Shown: positions 15,175 to 17,652 of the stretch, in pieces
Layout: the number at the start of each line of letters is the position of its first letter
How positions within the stretch are numbered: the stretch's first letter is position 1
Source: Candidatus Bipolaricaulia bacterium
GTDB lineage: Bacteria > Bipolaricaulota > Bipolaricaulia > JBHIAT01
DNA length: 17,652 nt
Direction: 5' to 3'
Assembly (NCBI GenBank): GCA_046758705.1
Contig: JBHIAT010000066.1
Coordinates: 1-17,652, forward strand
Made by a program: the position numbers and the translations under genes
Notes under the pieces: model-generated
Told to the model about the DNA's origin: nothing
Seen by the model: the letters and a program-made list of their open reading frames with translations, nothing else
The model's database searches: none

Positions 15175-15188
15175 CTGACATAAATCAT
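15175..15188. promoter_or_regulatory. Crp/Fnr-type site CTGAC-ATAA-ATCAT upstream of hdrC
   Basis: TGA-N6-TCA centred at 15181.5; TAAAAT -10 candidate at 15211-15216 gives about -41.5 spacing. Confidence 0.45.
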
Positions 15189-15276
15189 AGATTTTTCTGG
15201 TCTAAGGAACTAAAATCAGATCGAGAGCCGTTGTCGCCAGGCAAATTGACATCTGGCCTGTAGGGTGTGGTGAGCC

Positions 15277-15861
15277 GTGCAACAGCATGCTGATGCTGAC
15301 CAGATGCGATCAGAGCCGCTCGTCGTTGACTCGTCGAATTTTTTGCTTCGTGTCGAGGCACACAGTGGTGAAAAGATCCGGCATTGCTTCCAGTGCGAGA
15401 AGTGCGCCACCGGGTGCCCCCTGGCCGCCGAGATGGACTGCACCCCCAATCAGGTCTTGCAGCTCGTCCAGCTTGGTGATCAGAGGGTGCTCTCCAGCCG
15501 AGCTATCTGGTTCTGTGTGGGCTGCTACACCTGCGCGATCCGCTGCCCCAACGACATCGATCTGTCCGCCGTGATGGACACGTTGCGTGAGCTGGCCATT
15601 GAGGAGGACATAACACCTGCACTGCCACAGGCACGTGACTTCCATCAGTTGTTCTTGAGCGAAATCTACCGGCGGGGCCGGATCAGCGAGCTGATGCTGA
15701 TGGCCCGTTACGGGCTGAAGACCCGAAACAGTCTCTGGAAGCGGTTGCTGCTGGGCTGGACGATGCTGGTTAAAGGGCGCTTGGAGCTCCGGCTGCCGCG
15801 GGTGAAGCAGCGACGCCGGTTGCGCGCCCTGTTCAAGGAGAAGGAGAAGGGGATATCATGA
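15277..15861 (+). CDS. hdrC: Heterodisulfide reductase subunit C-like 2x[4Fe-4S] protein
   Basis: CFQCEKCATGCP and IWFCVGCYTCAIRCP, FHQLFL...GRISE; the exact start codon is uncertain. Confidence 0.9.
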   Translation: MQQHADADQMRSEPLVVDSSNFLLRVEAHSGEKIRHCFQCEKCATGCPLAAEMDCTPNQVLQLVQLGDQRVLSSRAIWFCVGCYTCAIRCPNDIDLSAVMDTLRELAIEEDITPALPQARDFHQLFLSEIYRRGRISELMLMARYGLKTRNSLWKRLLLGWTMLVKGRLELRLPRVKQRRRLRALFKEKEKGIS

Positions 15862-16706
15862 GGCTTTTCCCAGGTTGCACGCTCAGTTCTTCTGCGCGCC
15901 CCTATCGGGTCTCGCTCGACTGGCTCTTCGACAAGCTGGGGCTGGAGTTGCAAGAACTACCCGACTGGAACTGCTGCGGGGCTACCTCAGCCCACGCCCT
16001 GCGCCGGGATCTGGCCTATGCGCTGCCGGCGCGCAACCTCGCGATCGCTCAAGAGCTGCAACAAGACCTTATCGTGCCCTGCTCGGCCTGCTACAGCCGC
16101 TTAAAGCTGACCCAGCAGGCGTTGTCGCAGAATGAGCGATTGCGGAGCCGGGTGGGACGGCTGGTAGGAACGCGGCTGGAGCCGGATCACCTCCCCGCTG
16201 TGCGCAACGTTCTCGAACTCTTAGGGGACGAGAGCCTGAGCAAGCGAGTTGCGGGAGAGCGCACGGAGCGCCTGAACGGTCTGAAGATCGCCTGCTATTA
16301 TGGGTGTCTGCTGACGCGCTTGCCGCGTGTGTCCGGCTTCGCTAGTGTGGAAAACCCACAAGTGATGGAGCGCCTGGTGACCGCAGCCGGGGCAGAGCCG
16401 GTCGACTGGCCGCTTAAGACGGCCTGCTGTGGCGCCTCGCTCTCAGTTATCCAAGAAGCTATCGCCCTCAAATTGAGCACCCGGATTCTGGATATGGCGC
16501 GGCGCTGCGCGGCCGATCTGATCGTGGCAGCCTGCCCATTCTGCCAGTACAACCTTGACCATGCCCAATGGCGGAGACGACACGCTGATGAGCAGATTCC
16601 GGTCATCTTTATCACGCAGCTCCTGGGGCTGGCGCTGGGCGGTGACGCGGGCGAGTTGATGCTCTCCGCCAACCTGGTGGGCGCGGAGTCGCTGGTGAAA
16701 CTATGA
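15858..16706 (+). CDS. hdrB: Heterodisulfide reductase subunit B-like CCG-domain protein
   Basis: FPGC, WNCCGA, PCSAC, YYGC, ACCGAS, ACPFCQYNL; ATGA overlaps on both sides. Confidence 0.92.
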   Translation: MRLFPGCTLSSSARPYRVSLDWLFDKLGLELQELPDWNCCGATSAHALRRDLAYALPARNLAIAQELQQDLIVPCSACYSRLKLTQQALSQNERLRSRVGRLVGTRLEPDHLPAVRNVLELLGDESLSKRVAGERTERLNGLKIACYYGCLLTRLPRVSGFASVENPQVMERLVTAAGAEPVDWPLKTACCGASLSVIQEAIALKLSTRILDMARRCAADLIVAACPFCQYNLDHAQWRRRHADEQIPVIFITQLLGLALGGDAGELMLSANLVGAESLVKL

Positions 16707-17652
16707 TCACAAACGGAAAGCCGGTGGGTGCTGTACTGGTCGTCGGCGGGGGAATCAGCGGTATCCAGACCGCATTGGACTTGGCCGAATCCGGCTTCTA
16801 CGTCTATCTTGCAGAAAGCTCCTCGGCGATCGGGGGGCGGATGGCTCAACTTGACAAGACTTTTCCTACTAACGACTGCGCCATGTGCATGCTCTCGCCC
16901 AAGCTGGTCGAGGTTGGCCGCCACCACAACGTTCAAGTTCTGCCGGACATGGAGCTGATCGACCTGGAGGGCGAGCCCGGGCGTTTTATGGCCCGCCTGC
17001 GTTGTAAACCCCGCTATGTCGACATCGAAACGTGCATCGGCTGCGACGAGTGCACCAAGGTCTGCCCCGTCTCCCTCCCTTCAGAGTTCGATGAGGGCCT
17101 CGGCACGAGGAAGGCCATCTATCGCCTGTACCCCCAGGCGATCCCTAATGTGTTCACCATCTCGCGATTGGGGGCCCCCGCCTGCGAAGCCGCCTGCCCG
17201 ATCCATCAGAACGCCCATGGGTACGTCTCGCTCATCGCCGAGGGCAAGTACCACGAGGCCCTGGATGTCATCCTGCGTGATAACCCGCTGCCATCGATCT
17301 GTGGCCGAGTCTGTGTCCATCCCTGCGAGGATGCCTGCGTCCGCGCAGAGGTCGATGAACCGATCAGCATCGCTGCCCTCAAGCGGTTTGTCGTCGATCA
17401 GGTCGGCGATTACCAGCTTCCTCGTCCCGATCCCGACCAGGAACGGACCGAACGCATCGCCATCGTCGGCGCCGGGCCGGCCGGACTCACCTGCGCTTAC
17501 GACCTGAGACAACGGGGCTATCAGACCACCATCTACGAATCGCTTCCCGTCGCTGGCGGCATGCTCGCCGTCGGCATCCCCGAGCACCGCCTCCCTGAAC
17601 AGATCCTGAAACAGGAGATCGCCCGGATCGAGGCGACCGGGGTGGAGATCCA
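16703..17652 (+). CDS. hdrA: Heterodisulfide reductase subunit A-like flavoprotein with an inserted GltD/NfnB-like NAD(P)H module (HdrL type); partial
   Basis: Translated by hand because it is absent from the ORF track (no stop in the window): VLVVGGGISG...IGGRMAQLDKTFPTNDCAMC...CIGCDECTKVCP...CEAACP...CGRVCVHPCEDAC...IAIVGAGPAGL...GGMLAVGIP. Confidence 0.92.
   Translation, partial: MITNGKPVGAVLVVGGGISGIQTALDLAESGFYVYLAESSSAIGGRMAQLDKTFPTNDCAMCMLSPKLVEVGRHHNVQVLPDMELIDLEGEPGRFMARLRCKPRYVDIETCIGCDECTKVCPVSLPSEFDEGLGTRKAIYRLYPQAIPNVFTISRLGAPACEAACPIHQNAHGYVSLIAEGKYHEALDVILRDNPLPSICGRVCVHPCEDACVRAEVDEPISIAALKRFVVDQVGDYQLPRPDPDQERTERIAIVGAGPAGLTCAYDLRQRGYQTTIYESLPVAGGMLAVGIPEHRLPEQILKQEIARIEATGVEI

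Overview
Bacterial genomic window, probably from an anaerobe. Position 1-1540 is an accessory array of small cassettes separated by three copies of a ~45-bp repeat that encodes the start of a YgiT-type zinc-finger gene (MKNEQCPI). Two cassettes carry paralogous uncharacterised proteins (possibly DUF3800/RNase H-like). Each is followed by its own structured ~100-120 nt element and a near-consensus sigma70 promoter pointing back into it. The third cassette carries an orphan HicB-type antitoxin. Next come histidine utilisation genes (hutG, hutI, hutH), an SsnA-like amidohydrolase with a threonine synthase-like gene, and a minus-strand block (GYD protein, SAM methyltransferase, tandem GNAT, internally deleted APH-family kinase). 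A c-di-GMP locus follows: tandem c-di-GMP-I riboswitch aptamers, a small secreted protein and a cupin/HD-GYP/GAF/GGDEF protein. The window ends with a Crp/Fnr regulator, folD and hdrC-hdrB-hdrA (HdrL type, running off the end). All calls are from manual motif reading; no searches were run.
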